DNA of 64,000 bases from Promethearchaeota archaeon (GTDB taxonomy: Archaea; Asgardarchaeota; Lokiarchaeia; Sigyniarchaeales; SOKP01): the NCBI GenBank assembly GCA_011364925.1, contig RDOA01000005.1, positions 32,001 to 96,000 of the forward strand. The letters run 5' to 3'. This document shows, in pieces, positions 19,623-30,410 of this stretch (position 1 is its first letter; the number at the start of each line of letters is the position of its first letter). The notes beneath the pieces were generated by a model that was not told where the DNA came from, made no database searches, and saw only the letters and a list, made by a program, of their open reading frames with translations. The translations under genes and the position numbers were made by a program.

Positions 19623-21077
19623 ATGGTGCCCAAAAATCTAAGTTTTGACGAGTTCGATACAATCTTCAATCCAAAGCACATAGCGTTTGTTGGTGCGAGT
19701 GAAAAATCTCCCTTTGGAGCCATGTTGTATTTATCAGCCTTCAAAACCTCAAAATGGGTTAACACTTTTTACCCCGTAAATCCAAAATACGATAAGGTAC
19801 TCGATTGGAAGTGTTATTCCTCAGTCCTCGATATCCCATATCCTGTAGACGCGGTATACATATCAGTAAAGACTCAAAATATTCCAACTGTGTTAAGAGA
19901 TTGCGTGAAAAAGAACATTCCTTGGGTTATTATTTTTTCTTCTGGATTTTCTGAAACAGGCGATTTGACAGGATTAGAGTTAGAAAGAGAATTAAAAAGT
20001 ATAATACAAAATTCTAATACGAGAATTATTGGTCCAAATTGCTTAGGACCATTTAACGCAGCCGATGGTATGGCTTTTTCATTCGCTGCTAAAATAAATA
20101 CTCCTGGACAAGTATCATTTATGTCCCAATCTGGTGGTCATATGAGCCAATTGTTAGATACGGGCTATAAGAGGGATATAAGATTTAGATATGGTATATC
20201 GTTTGGAAATCAAATTGATCTCAATTGTCGTGATTTTTTAAGACATTTTCATAACGATGGGAAGACAAAAATAATCGCTGCTTATCTAGAGTCGTTTGGT
20301 TCAACGACGGGGCGTGAATTCTTTTTAGAGTTAAAAACGACGACTCTTTCCAAGCCAGTTATTATTTGGAAGGGTGGATATACTGCCGATGGTGTCAAAG
20401 CTGCGTTTTCTCATACTGGAGCCATTGCAAGTGATTTACGGTTGTGGGAGTCTATGGCTAAACAGACGGGAGCGATGATTGTCAAAGATAATGAGGAATT
20501 TTGGAACACTATTAAATGTTTTGAGTTATTATTCCCAAATTACATTCTAAATGGAAGAAATGTAGGAATTGTAACTCCTGGAGGAGGATCGAGCGTAAAT
20601 ACTACAGATCTATTCAATTATCATAACTTAAAAATTCCCGAATTAACAAAGGATTCACAGGATAAAATCAGCGAGATTCTTCCTTATGAAAATGTGAATG
20701 TAAAGAATCCCGTGGATTTGGGTGCACTTGGATTTGTTGTCCCCGTATTTATTAGTTGTATAGAAATCACAGTAAATGATCCCAACATTGATGTTGTTGT
20801 TATTCCGTTATGGCCTCATCTTATTTATACTCATGTTTTTCAGCAGATGATAAATATTCAAAAATCAACAGATAAACCATTTATATTTTGTTTACCGAGT
20901 ATCGCAGACTCCTCAGAACTTGCTCAGCGTTTTTCATCAGTTAAAAAAATACTTCATGCAGAACGTTCACTTTATTTCTTTTCATTAAGAGACGCTGCGA
21001 AAAGTTTGTCTCGCTATTGTGATTATATTGAATTTTTAAGAGCACGCGGAGTTGAAATATCAGAAAAAGAGAAATGA
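19623..21077 (+). CDS. Acyl-CoA synthetase (NDP-forming), alpha-subunit type
   Basis: AFVGAS, IIGPNCLG, SQSGG, SFGNQIDL, AFSHTGA (phospho-His), KNPVDL. Confidence 0.9.
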   Translation: MVPKNLSFDEFDTIFNPKHIAFVGASEKSPFGAMLYLSAFKTSKWVNTFYPVNPKYDKVLDWKCYSSVLDIPYPVDAVYISVKTQNIPTVLRDCVKKNIPWVIIFSSGFSETGDLTGLELERELKSIIQNSNTRIIGPNCLGPFNAADGMAFSFAAKINTPGQVSFMSQSGGHMSQLLDTGYKRDIRFRYGISFGNQIDLNCRDFLRHFHNDGKTKIIAAYLESFGSTTGREFFLELKTTTLSKPVIIWKGGYTADGVKAAFSHTGAIASDLRLWESMAKQTGAMIVKDNEEFWNTIKCFELLFPNYILNGRNVGIVTPGGGSSVNTTDLFNYHNLKIPELTKDSQDKISEILPYENVNVKNPVDLGALGFVVPVFISCIEITVNDPNIDVVVIPLWPHLIYTHVFQQMINIQKSTDKPFIFCLPSIADSSELAQRFSSVKKILHAERSLYFFSLRDAAKSLSRYCDYIEFLRARGVEISEKEK

Positions 21078-21082
21078 TTTCT

Positions 21083-21364
21083 CTACATTTTCTTTATCAT
21101 TTCTTTTAAGTAGAGTTTCATAAAATATCGTTCAATAGTACAATAATCTAATTTCTGGTTATTCGTCAATTTTTTATTATTGGATAAGAAAAAATGAATG
21201 TTAATTATCTTACCATAAACTTTCGTGAGTTTATTATTAAAATCTAGATTCGTAAAGTTGCTAACAGTAAGTTTTTCAAAAATTGGCTCACTAGGTATGT
21301 CATAAATCACTGGTTTATCTAAAATATCCATAGGATAGTTAAACTCTGTTTTTCCCGAACTCAA
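21083..21364 (-). CDS. Small hypothetical protein
   Basis: 93-aa non-overlapping ORF, convergent with the previous gene. Confidence 0.55.
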   Translation of the reverse strand: MSSGKTEFNYPMDILDKPVIYDIPSEPIFEKLTVSNFTNLDFNNKLTKVYGKIINIHFFLSNNKKLTNNQKLDYCTIERYFMKLYLKEMIKKM

Positions 21365-21666
21365 TTCTTACACTTAGTTTCTATATTTATATCATTAAAC
21401 CCCTTTGTTCTTAGACCAGAAGCACTGATTCTAATTTTGTCGGTAATCTGCAATAAAGCCTACTAAATTGTCTATTATTAAGCGTACTTAGGGCTATAAT
21501 CTCAATTTTGCATATATTATTGTTTTTCTTATATTAAACGAAGAGTGAGCGCTATATTAAGGGGTTAATATCATTGAACTAAAATCTAAAATACAAGAGA
21601 AAGTAAATGTTAAAATAAATTCAATTGAATAATCAAAACTATGCTAAATTAATACGGAGATAAAAA

Positions 21667-22716
21667 TTGAAATTTATAACTGGACTTAAAGGATTTTTTA
21701 AAAGACCGTTGTATGTTTTTATCATAAGTGCGTTTACCCTTACTTGGATTCTTATTATAATAACTAAATACATCGCAAGTGTCTTAGTTAGCGTAATATT
21801 AGGATTATTCATTATTATCTTTGGAGGAAGTTTGTTATTTTTTTCATTGTTTTTGTTTTTCGTCTCCTTTTTTAAACAAATTAACAAAATGAAATGGTGG
21901 TTTTTTCTAATAGTCTATATAATTTCTCTAATTTTATCGTTATTCTCAAACCTCTTGTTTCGATCTATCTTTTCCCCTACCTCTGATCTATTTTTTATTA
22001 TTACTTTAACCGTTAATCAGTTTTTCACAGCGTTTTTCGCATTTAGACTCTGTATGAATTCTTCTACTAAGGTTGATGATTATCTCTATAAAAAAGAGAA
22101 ATCTCGAATTGTTACCAGGATTATTGAATTTTTACTTTTCGGCTTTTTAAACTGGTGGATTATTAGAATTACAGTTACTTTTTTCAGTTATACCCCAACT
22201 GTATTGTTAGTTACCGTAATACTAATGCTCTGGATAATGTTTTGGATTAATGTATGTTTATTAGGAGTTGCTATAATTAGACTAATAATAACTAAGGAGT
22301 TTACTGCCTATCTTACATTATTCTTTTTGCTTACTCTCTTCTATGCCTTGTACATTCTTGTTGATTATTTATATGGAGCTTTTTTCAGTACGGAATCTGG
22401 AGATCCGATTTATATTGTTAGTTCATTTATCATAGATTTTTTGTTATTCTTATATATCTTAGGTACGGTATATAGTAGGGTAGATTACATTAAATCCAAA
22501 ATAAAATTCCTAAACGTAGAAACAATAGCGTTATTTCTTATTATAATGAAAATCTATGTTCAAGTCTCTAAAATCGTTCCAAAAATTGTAACATTGGAGT
22601 GGCAGATCCTACAAGCTGGAGGGTTGTTTGTTATATTTGTGTTTTTCAACCTTCTTTTTGGAATTCACTCGGTCATAACCCATAAATATAAAAAGAAAAA
22701 TGAAAAAGAAAGTTAA
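21667..22716 (+). CDS. Polytopic membrane protein of unknown function
   Basis: About 10 hydrophobic segments. Confidence 0.75.
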   Translation: MKFITGLKGFFKRPLYVFIISAFTLTWILIIITKYIASVLVSVILGLFIIIFGGSLLFFSLFLFFVSFFKQINKMKWWFFLIVYIISLILSLFSNLLFRSIFSPTSDLFFIITLTVNQFFTAFFAFRLCMNSSTKVDDYLYKKEKSRIVTRIIEFLLFGFLNWWIIRITVTFFSYTPTVLLVTVILMLWIMFWINVCLLGVAIIRLIITKEFTAYLTLFFLLTLFYALYILVDYLYGAFFSTESGDPIYIVSSFIIDFLLFLYILGTVYSRVDYIKSKIKFLNVETIALFLIIMKIYVQVSKIVPKIVTLEWQILQAGGLFVIFVFFNLLFGIHSVITHKYKKKNEKES

Positions 22717-22720
22717 TTAT

Positions 22721-23242
22721 TTAGTACATTTCTGACTTCGAAAACAATAGCGCGAAACAACCGTAAAATATTCCGTTTACAACCCCGCTTATTAAGAATG
22801 CGATCAATGTCATAGTTGGGATGAGTACTGTTATACCATAAAAATTCAATAGTGTAACAGGATTTACGAACGCTAATACGCCTAAAGCTGCAGCACCAAT
22901 CAATGCAGCGAGCATCCAACCTCCAAAGCTACCTCCTTTACCGTCCCCCGTGCGTCCAGCTACTAATGCCGCAACAAATGGAGAAACTATAAATCCAATA
23001 TTTTGAATTAACGAAGCACCAAATAAACCGGAGGAAATATCAGTAAATATTGAAGTGATCACATTTCCCGGCATGTTAATAACAGGGCCGAAGAATATGA
23101 GTAATAAAATTAACGGATCGCTACTTATAGCGCTAAAAAGGAGGTTTAAATCACTACTTATAGTTTGCGCAATTATAACAAATAGGAAGTTTAAACCAAT
23201 AAAAGCCAGTAGACTGAAACCTAGCGCTTTACCTAGCCCGAT
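22721..23242 (-). CDS. Membrane protein, probable ATC start (MGLGKALGFSLLAFIGLNF...)
   Basis: Frame is open 56 codons upstream of ATG 23074 and bounded by TGA TGA; GAGGT upstream; the extension is a TM helix. Confidence 0.7.
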   Translation of the reverse strand: MGLGKALGFSLLAFIGLNFLFVIIAQTISSDLNLLFSAISSDPLILLLIFFGPVINMPGNVITSIFTDISSGLFGASLIQNIGFIVSPFVAALVAGRTGDGKGGSFGGWMLAALIGAAALGVLAFVNPVTLLNFYGITVLIPTMTLIAFLISGVVNGIFYGCFALLFSKSEMY

Positions 23243-23472
23243 TTTTCATCAACCTCTTTTTATAATCTATATTCAATTTAAATGTTTGATTCTATGTAAA
23301 AATTATTTAAATTTATTTATTTAAATTTAATTAAGTCCAATTTTTTATGTCGAATTTTATTAATTCTAGAAAATTAAGTTGAAAAAAGCCTTGAATTGGT
23401 GAAAATTACACAAATTTTTAGTAATTTCTTCTATATTTTAATAATTAGAATTTTTAATAATAATTTAAGGTT

Positions 23473-24510
23473 ATGAGAGAGAATCAAAATAAGTTCCATA
23501 TCGGGAAATTGAAACATCGTTTTCTCAAAGAAATGTTAGATAATTTTGTGTCATCTACACATTTAAAAAACAATCGAGTCGTTGTAGGCTCACAAATAGG
23601 AGAAGACGCTGCAGTGATCGATATGGGCGATAAGTATTTAGTTTCGAAAACAGATCCTATAACATTTGTAACAGATGAAATAGGATATTATGCGGTTCAC
23701 ATTAATGTTAACGATGTAGTATGCACAGGAGCAATACCAAGATGGTTTCAATCAACCATATTGTTACCTGCTGGACGAACTGATGCAGATTTAATTGAAT
23801 ATATATTTAAAAATATCCAAGATACATGTAGATCTTTAGGAATCACTGTAATTGGTGGACACACCGAAATTACAACAGGTCTTAATAGACCAATAATAAT
23901 TGGTTCCCTCCTCGGAGAAGTTGAGAAAGAGAAATTAGTGTTATCCTCTGGAGCAAAAGCAAATGATTCAATTATACTAACTAAGGGTATATTCATTGAA
24001 GGGACTTCGATAATAGCTCGTGAAAAAGAAACCATATTAAAACAAAAAGGTTTTTCTAATGATTTCATAGAAAAATGTAAAAATTTTCTGTATAATCCAG
24101 GTATTAGCGTTTTTAAAGAAGCAATCACATCTAACGATAATTTTCCTATAACATCTATGCACGATCCGACTGAAGGGGGTCTCTTTTGCGGACTTGCTGA
24201 GTTAGCAATAGCATCTGAATTAGGATTATCAATCAAAAAAGAACTCATCAATATCTTACCAGAACCGCTAGAACTAAGTAAAGTTTTTGAAATAGACCCA
24301 TATAGCACAATTTCTTCTGGATCTCTTTTAATTTCAATCAATGAGAAGTATAGCGAAGATTTAATTCATTTATTAAAAAAAAATGGGATTCTTGCTTCAA
24401 AAATCGGAAAATTTACATCAGCAAAAGAAGAATATTTTATCCTTGATGAAAATCGTAAGAAATTACCAATGAACTATACTGAAATTGACGAAATTACTAA
24501 AATTGTGTAA
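23473..24510 (+). CDS. AIR synthase-related protein (HypE/PurM superfamily)
   Basis: IGEDAAV, KTDPIT, NVNDV, IGGHTE, MHDPTEGG. Confidence 0.9.
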   Translation: MRENQNKFHIGKLKHRFLKEMLDNFVSSTHLKNNRVVVGSQIGEDAAVIDMGDKYLVSKTDPITFVTDEIGYYAVHINVNDVVCTGAIPRWFQSTILLPAGRTDADLIEYIFKNIQDTCRSLGITVIGGHTEITTGLNRPIIIGSLLGEVEKEKLVLSSGAKANDSIILTKGIFIEGTSIIAREKETILKQKGFSNDFIEKCKNFLYNPGISVFKEAITSNDNFPITSMHDPTEGGLFCGLAELAIASELGLSIKKELINILPEPLELSKVFEIDPYSTISSGSLLISINEKYSEDLIHLLKKNGILASKIGKFTSAKEEYFILDENRKKLPMNYTEIDEITKIV

Positions 24511-24687
24511 AAAAATTAGTTTGGTAACATAAATTTTACTTTTTTAAATAAAGAGATTGGTTATTATGCTAATACTAAGATTTTTATTATTGAATTTTCA
24601 AAACTAATATATACGGGTGTATTTTAAAAATTAATAATAAAGGGTTGTTTTATCAAAATATATATGATTAATATACTAAATTAAATT

Positions 24688-26616
24688 TTGATTATTGTGG
24701 TAAATAAGGAGCTACTTACTATACTGAAATCCATTGGAGAGAAAGCGAAAGGAGAAGCATTTACACTTAAGATGAATTCTCACGTTTTTTTTAACATTTT
24801 GGAATCTAATAACAATTCATTATTGGAATTTAAAGAAGAAATTAAAAAAGAATGGGAAAAGTTTAAAATTTTAAACCAGAATAGAATTATTAAGAAAACT
24901 TACTCTACATTTTTTTTCCAATATTTTCATAACTATTTCAAATATTACCTCCAAAATTTTTGTGGATTTGATACCAGCTCGTTAAAATTGATAATAAAAG
25001 AGAAAATATCTGACGACCAGTTATTTTTAGAGTATAGCTATACCCTATCTCCCGAAGAACAGGATTATTTTCGGGAATTCCGTGAGAATTTTGACGACGG
25101 TGCAGATGGAATAACTACTCCATTTGGTTATCTTTATCTCGTTGTAGCAATTTTGGGAGTAGTGTTAAGAAAGCTTCTGAAAGAAAAATTTTTTATAATT
25201 TTAGATGGAGCTGTATTAAAGAATGGTGAGAATAATAACACTTTAAAATTTCTAGTTGTTATAAAAAACAGTCACGATGAGCTCTTTGCTAACTATTATT
25301 ATATGTATTTAATATATTTTTTGAAATATTTTAAAGATATTCCAAAATCCTATTTTGATAAGCTTCTAAAAGGGAGAGAGAAAGTATATCAGATTGCGAT
25401 TGAAGAATATTCTTTTGCTAAAGATAAACTTGTTGATCTGTTGTATTACTTCTATAAAAAGTGTAATCTCCTTCAAAATTTCTCACCACTTCTAGATTTT
25501 TTAAATTTCGTGTGTAGCCGAGTCGAAGACTCTGTATTTCCTAAATTGGATATCATCAGAAAAGAGTTCTTACAAAACTTTGATTATTCTGAAGAAAAAA
25601 AAAATTCATTGCTTCGAATTTTTGATTTCATTGATAAGAAATCTACCCTATATAGTACATTTCAGGCGAACAACCTCCCAAGCCACAAAGCACAATTTAA
25701 CTTGTTTCTGTTGTATACAAAATACTTTTTTGGCGGTGGAAGCTTAGAGGCTTTGGAAGTTGGAGATTTTTTACTATTACCCGCGGATTTTAAAGAAGCG
25801 TTGAATGCAACCAATAATCAAATCGAAAATACAATTACTGCTACTACTATAAAAGACATTAGAGAATTTTTGGATAATTTTTCAATCGCATCGAATTTAG
25901 AGAATCCAAATCTAATTTTTAGAATTATTTTTGGGAAGGAAATTTCCCAGATTAATTACGACTTCTTTAAAGCTTTCTTACATAGTTTAAACACTAGCAT
26001 TCAGCGTTTAATAGATAAAGAAAATAAAATTTTAGAAGAAGACCCTAACAACGAGCCATTAACCTTTAAGTTAGTAGTTGATCATATTTGTAGGATGCTA
26101 TACACTTTAATAGATAAAATTTTTATAAGAAAACTTCCAGGACAAGCATCTAAAAACTTTATTGACCCTAGAAGCAGATATATTGGGAGAAATATAGCTT
26201 TGAGGGTATTGGAATTGTTCATTTTCAGCGACTTAAATGTCTCAGACGATGTGTGGCCTGATTACATAATAAGTATGAAAAAAGATGTTTTAACAAAAGA
26301 CTTAGAAAAATTCAATGTGAAAATTCCAGAAAATCTGTTCTATAACTACGAAGATATTGCAAGATTCGTCGTTACCTTTAATTTTCTCCCCAGTAATCAG
26401 CCTTTATTCGAAGAATGGGTAATCAATGGAATAATGATGCCGATAAACGAATTTATTTTAAAGATTCATAGTTTAATTAAAGATAAGGCTAAAGGTGTTG
26501 AAATTCACGAAATTCTCTATAATTACTTCATTAATAATATAGAAGGAATAAATAATCATCAAGAATTAGAATTTGTTTGTCAACAGCTCTCCGTTGTTTG
26601 GAACAATTCGAAGTAA
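24688..26616 (+). CDS. Hypothetical protein (642 aa, helical)
   Basis: Long ORF with no recognised motif. Confidence 0.75.
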   Translation: MIIVVNKELLTILKSIGEKAKGEAFTLKMNSHVFFNILESNNNSLLEFKEEIKKEWEKFKILNQNRIIKKTYSTFFFQYFHNYFKYYLQNFCGFDTSSLKLIIKEKISDDQLFLEYSYTLSPEEQDYFREFRENFDDGADGITTPFGYLYLVVAILGVVLRKLLKEKFFIILDGAVLKNGENNNTLKFLVVIKNSHDELFANYYYMYLIYFLKYFKDIPKSYFDKLLKGREKVYQIAIEEYSFAKDKLVDLLYYFYKKCNLLQNFSPLLDFLNFVCSRVEDSVFPKLDIIRKEFLQNFDYSEEKKNSLLRIFDFIDKKSTLYSTFQANNLPSHKAQFNLFLLYTKYFFGGGSLEALEVGDFLLLPADFKEALNATNNQIENTITATTIKDIREFLDNFSIASNLENPNLIFRIIFGKEISQINYDFFKAFLHSLNTSIQRLIDKENKILEEDPNNEPLTFKLVVDHICRMLYTLIDKIFIRKLPGQASKNFIDPRSRYIGRNIALRVLELFIFSDLNVSDDVWPDYIISMKKDVLTKDLEKFNVKIPENLFYNYEDIARFVVTFNFLPSNQPLFEEWVINGIMMPINEFILKIHSLIKDKAKGVEIHEILYNYFINNIEGINNHQELEFVCQQLSVVWNNSK

Positions 26617-26637
26617 ATCCAAAAAGTAAATATCAAT

Positions 26638-27141
26638 TCATGAGATTTCAAATATTTGGCAAAAATCTTCGAAATTATTCTCAACATCAAGTATTGGCGC
26701 CCTAATTTCTTTGATTTGATTAATGTTACTTGTTGTAATTAAACCAGAAATCATTTTAATATAATTATTGAATTGTTCATCTATTTGATTTAAATTTTCA
26801 ACACATAAGATTGTTGGGTAAGGTAAATTCCTAAAACTTTCAAAAAAAAGAATGTCTAATTTGAAAGGGCTCTTTTCTAACCATTTTATCAGATCTTCCA
26901 AATTAATTTCATCTTTAAGAAAAATTGCGCTCTCACCAGCTTTATTCTGTATAATTGAAAAAACTGCACCAGATTTAGAAAATCTATAAGAATCTTTTCC
27001 TTCTTCATCGATTTGGTGTTCGTGTATATATTTTATTACACCTACTTTTAAGTTCAGTTCAAATTTCAATTTACTTATAAGATTCTCAATAAGAATCGTC
27101 TTTCCTGAACCAGAATACCCAATCACATTAATTATTTTCAT
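26638..27141 (-). CDS. mobB: Molybdopterin-guanine dinucleotide biosynthesis protein B
   Basis: GYSGSGKT, VIKYIHEH, GKDSYRF. Confidence 0.9.
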   Translation of the reverse strand: MKIINVIGYSGSGKTILIENLISKLKFELNLKVGVIKYIHEHQIDEEGKDSYRFSKSGAVFSIIQNKAGESAIFLKDEINLEDLIKWLEKSPFKLDILFFESFRNLPYPTILCVENLNQIDEQFNNYIKMISGLITTSNINQIKEIRAPILDVENNFEDFCQIFEIS

Positions 27142-27263
27142 TTAAAACTGCCAAATCTTAACTTTTTTAAAAAATCCTAGAGATTTAATATAAGTATTAA
27201 TATCTAAAAAGTGTTAAAAGAATTAACTTTCCATTGAGACAAACGAAATAGTTCCGTCTAATC

Positions 27264-29264
27264 ATGACCACGAAAAATGAAATAATTGTATTCGACGCCA
27301 ATTTCTTTATTTGCATGAATTCCATTCGAGCAAAAAACATACTGGAAAATTTAAAATCAGCTGCTTCAGATCTAGGTTTTGTATATTACACAAGTACCGT
27401 TGTCTTTGATGAAATTAAAGCCTCGAGTACGTATCGAGACAAGTTTCAAAACATTATAAAAGTTGAAAAAATAGAAGAATTAGAGATTGACTCAATTAAA
27501 AACGACCTAAGCACTGAAGGTATTCGTTTTCCTGCTCAAGATCCTGATTTATCCTTATTATCATTATCTCAGAAATTACTCGATGATGACAACAATCGTA
27601 TGATCAATTTAGTTTCAGACGATTTTAAACTTGTAAAAAATGCTAATATATTCTTCCATGGAAAAATAAATATTTTGTCTCTTTCGAGTTTTTTATTAAA
27701 AATCCATAGAACAATCCCAAATAAACAATTACGAAGCTATTTTAAAAATTTATGGAAAAAAAGTTTGAACTACACCTTAGCATATATGATAGAACGCTCT
27801 AAAATCTATCCTGCTGAAGAAAAGATCACATGGTTAATTGAAAAAGCAATAAGTGTTACCCAAGACTCAATTATTACCCAAGATGCGCGCTATGGTGATA
27901 ATCAAAAGGATCATGTTAAATTTGAGATTGGAAAAAGTAAATACGAGAATGAAATTACTATTTGTGAAAAATATATTGGAAATCAAAAACTTGCGAATAG
28001 TGAAGAAAAATACCTTACGGGAATAATCAATTTCCTTGAAAATTTAAAAATATCTCGCGAGTATGTAATACAAGCTCGCAAGGCGATTGAAAAACAGGAA
28101 TCAAAAGATGCGGTAAAATATTTAAAAAAGGGAAATGGATTCTTAATTTCGCTTTTGCAAATTGCTTCAGGGCAGTTATCCAATCCCAAGGATTATGAGA
28201 TTGTCGAACAATTAATCTGTAGCGAAATTTCAAAGATGGAGTTCTTAAGAGCCTTCATCTTAATTTCGTTAGGAAGGGTTAATAATGCTATTGATTCGTT
28301 AGAACGAGCAGCGCTTTTTTCTACGATAATTCATAATCATCAAACTTGTTTAACTTTAAATTATGTAAAAGCCTTAATCCTTTTGTTTCATGGGTTATAC
28401 AACAACGCGATTATGGCATATAACTTTACGGAAGAGCTAGCAGACATCTATAACGATGAACGCCTTAAACTCAAATGTGCTATAGGAAAAAGTATAGCGC
28501 TTTATATTCAAGGTGAGGATAGCGAAACAGCAATGGCAATAATGGAGGAGATTTCATTAATGGACATGGAGAAAAACTTCTTAGACGCGGTTATCGTATT
28601 TGGCGAGCTCGGGGATTATTTCTTAGCCTTAGGTCACTCCCAATTAGCAGCAAATTTGTATAATGAGGCGCTAGAAATAAGTATTGACTACAATCTCAAG
28701 ATCAGGAGCGATATTCTCATAGAAAAATTAAAACGTTCATACATCGCAACAGTTCTGAATGGGTATTCCACAGAGGATATTATGGTTGATAAATTGGATG
28801 TCTTGCTTAATAGGGCTTACGCAGTAAAGGAAATTGAGAAATATAATGAACAGATTAAGAAAATATCTAGCTTTAACATTTTATTTTATACACCCTTTCC
28901 CTATATCACTGGTAAAAAAAAATTAGTCCCATATATAAAACTTCCTAAAGAGCTACAAGAGGATTATTTAGAAGTTGTTCATTTCGAAAAAATTGGTGAC
29001 AAAGATGGCTCTAAATATCTTTTCGTAGTTTCTCACTATGAACTTGGATTACTTGGAATTATTCTAAAGACTGATGAGAGGGTAACTGGTATAGCAGAAA
29101 ATTATACTTTGAAATTAAAACCTACATCAAAAGTTAAAATCTACAATCCATCCGCAAATTTAAAAGATACCTACTTGGTTAGAGCGATCGTAGAGGTTGT
29201 ATCAAAAGATGAATGCGAAATTGTATATTCACTACCTTCTTTCTTTAAGGCGTTAAATATATAA
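27264..29264 (+). CDS. PIN domain-TPR fusion protein
   Basis: VFDANF, VFDEI, DPDLSLL, LVSDDF, then TPR helices and a beta-rich C-terminus. Confidence 0.75.
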   Translation: MTTKNEIIVFDANFFICMNSIRAKNILENLKSAASDLGFVYYTSTVVFDEIKASSTYRDKFQNIIKVEKIEELEIDSIKNDLSTEGIRFPAQDPDLSLLSLSQKLLDDDNNRMINLVSDDFKLVKNANIFFHGKINILSLSSFLLKIHRTIPNKQLRSYFKNLWKKSLNYTLAYMIERSKIYPAEEKITWLIEKAISVTQDSIITQDARYGDNQKDHVKFEIGKSKYENEITICEKYIGNQKLANSEEKYLTGIINFLENLKISREYVIQARKAIEKQESKDAVKYLKKGNGFLISLLQIASGQLSNPKDYEIVEQLICSEISKMEFLRAFILISLGRVNNAIDSLERAALFSTIIHNHQTCLTLNYVKALILLFHGLYNNAIMAYNFTEELADIYNDERLKLKCAIGKSIALYIQGEDSETAMAIMEEISLMDMEKNFLDAVIVFGELGDYFLALGHSQLAANLYNEALEISIDYNLKIRSDILIEKLKRSYIATVLNGYSTEDIMVDKLDVLLNRAYAVKEIEKYNEQIKKISSFNILFYTPFPYITGKKKLVPYIKLPKELQEDYLEVVHFEKIGDKDGSKYLFVVSHYELGLLGIILKTDERVTGIAENYTLKLKPTSKVKIYNPSANLKDTYLVRAIVEVVSKDECEIVYSLPSFFKALNI

Positions 29265-29265
29265 C

Positions 29266-29538
29266 CTAATATTTTCTTAATTGTTTATCTCGTTGGCTAA
29301 CTTGATGACCGTGAATAGCACAACTTATGCAGTAATAATTCTTCTTACTGGGGGTCTGAATAATAGTCCCTTCTTTCTTGAGTTCTGTAAACATTCTCCC
29401 ATCGACTAATGAAACTCGTCTTGTGACAGCTTTTGCTTTACTACGAGGTACAAAACGCCCACACTTATAACATTGAACGCGATTATAATGACCCTTGCTT
29501 GAGCCACTTTTTCCGCCACTTCTTCTTTTTTTAGGAAT
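29266..29538 (-). CDS. rps26e: 30S ribosomal protein eS26, ATT start; absent from ORF track
   Basis: (M)PKKRRSGGKSGSSKGH...VQCYKCGRFVPRSKA...YCISCAIH...RKY*. Confidence 0.92.
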   Translation of the reverse strand: MPKKRRSGGKSGSSKGHYNRVQCYKCGRFVPRSKAKAVTRRVSLVDGRMFTELKKEGTIIQTPSKKNYYCISCAIHGHQVSQRDKQLRKY

Positions 29539-29662
29539 AAAAATCAGCTTTTTTTTCTGTTTTCTACATCTTAGAATAAGACAAACCTTAAAAAATTTAT
29601 TCTTTCACTGTGAAAATTAGCATAAACGTACTCATTTTTAGCTTTATTTCACGAAGAAATGG

Positions 29663-30358
29663 TTAACTTTCATTGATCGCTTCGATTTTACTTAAAGCTT
29701 TAAAAGAATATACTAACCTTTGAATCACTGTCAAAATGAGTAAGCCTGTGAATACTATTGTGAAAATAGGAAAAAACAAAGTGAAAGGCGCTCCATACAA
29801 AAGATTAGAAATGAAATAGATCCAATACTCAATAATAAAGGCTAACCAAAGAACAATCATTCTTTCAGCTCTTTCCATAAAACCTACGCCTTTCATGTCA
29901 ATACCCTCGTTTTCAGCTCTCGCGCGAACATACGAAATCATAATGATTAAAAACATAATCGCAAATCCAATTAGATAATTGAAATAACCCCCTATTATTA
30001 ACCCTAAAACTAGTAAAGCATCAGATAGTCGATCTAGATTCGAATCTAAAAAAGCTCCTGATTTTGAAATATTTTCTGTCCTGCGAGCAACTTCTCCATC
30101 AAAAACATCAAAGGCTCCTGCCCAGAACATTGTAAATGGGACAATCCACGCTATTTGAAAAGGAAAATGCAACCCTCCGTACGCGAGTAGAACAGCTACT
30201 ACTACAGAACAAAAAAATCCGCAATAAGACAAGAAATTTGGTGTAAATCCATGTTTAATTAGTATTTTGACTGGATAATCAACAAATTTATTTAACAGTC
30301 TTCGCTGGTTATTCCGTTTTGCGTTAGCTTGTTCAGATTTGCTCAAATTTTCAGCCAA
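29663..30358 (-). CDS. pgsA: CDP-alcohol phosphatidyltransferase (archaetidylinositol-phosphate synthase-like)
   Basis: TPNFLS, DVFDGEVAR...GAFLDSNLDR, SYVRARAE, GFMERAER. Confidence 0.9.
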   Translation of the reverse strand: MAENLSKSEQANAKRNNQRRLLNKFVDYPVKILIKHGFTPNFLSYCGFFCSVVVAVLLAYGGLHFPFQIAWIVPFTMFWAGAFDVFDGEVARRTENISKSGAFLDSNLDRLSDALLVLGLIIGGYFNYLIGFAIMFLIIMISYVRARAENEGIDMKGVGFMERAERMIVLWLAFIIEYWIYFISNLLYGAPFTLFFPIFTIVFTGLLILTVIQRLVYSFKALSKIEAINES

Positions 30359-30410
30359 TATTAGTTTTATCGATAATTAATTTTAAAAGTACTTTAAAAT
30401 AAAAAATTTT

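Noticed and set aside
21365-21666. AACCCCTT/AAGGGGTT long-range inverted repeat as an ncRNA
   Set aside because: Only 8 bp, about 150 nt apart, with no supporting internal structure or terminator
23473-24510. Selenophosphate synthetase SelD
   Set aside because: No N-terminal Cys/Sec-x-x-Lys motif; fits a generic AIR-synthase-related protein
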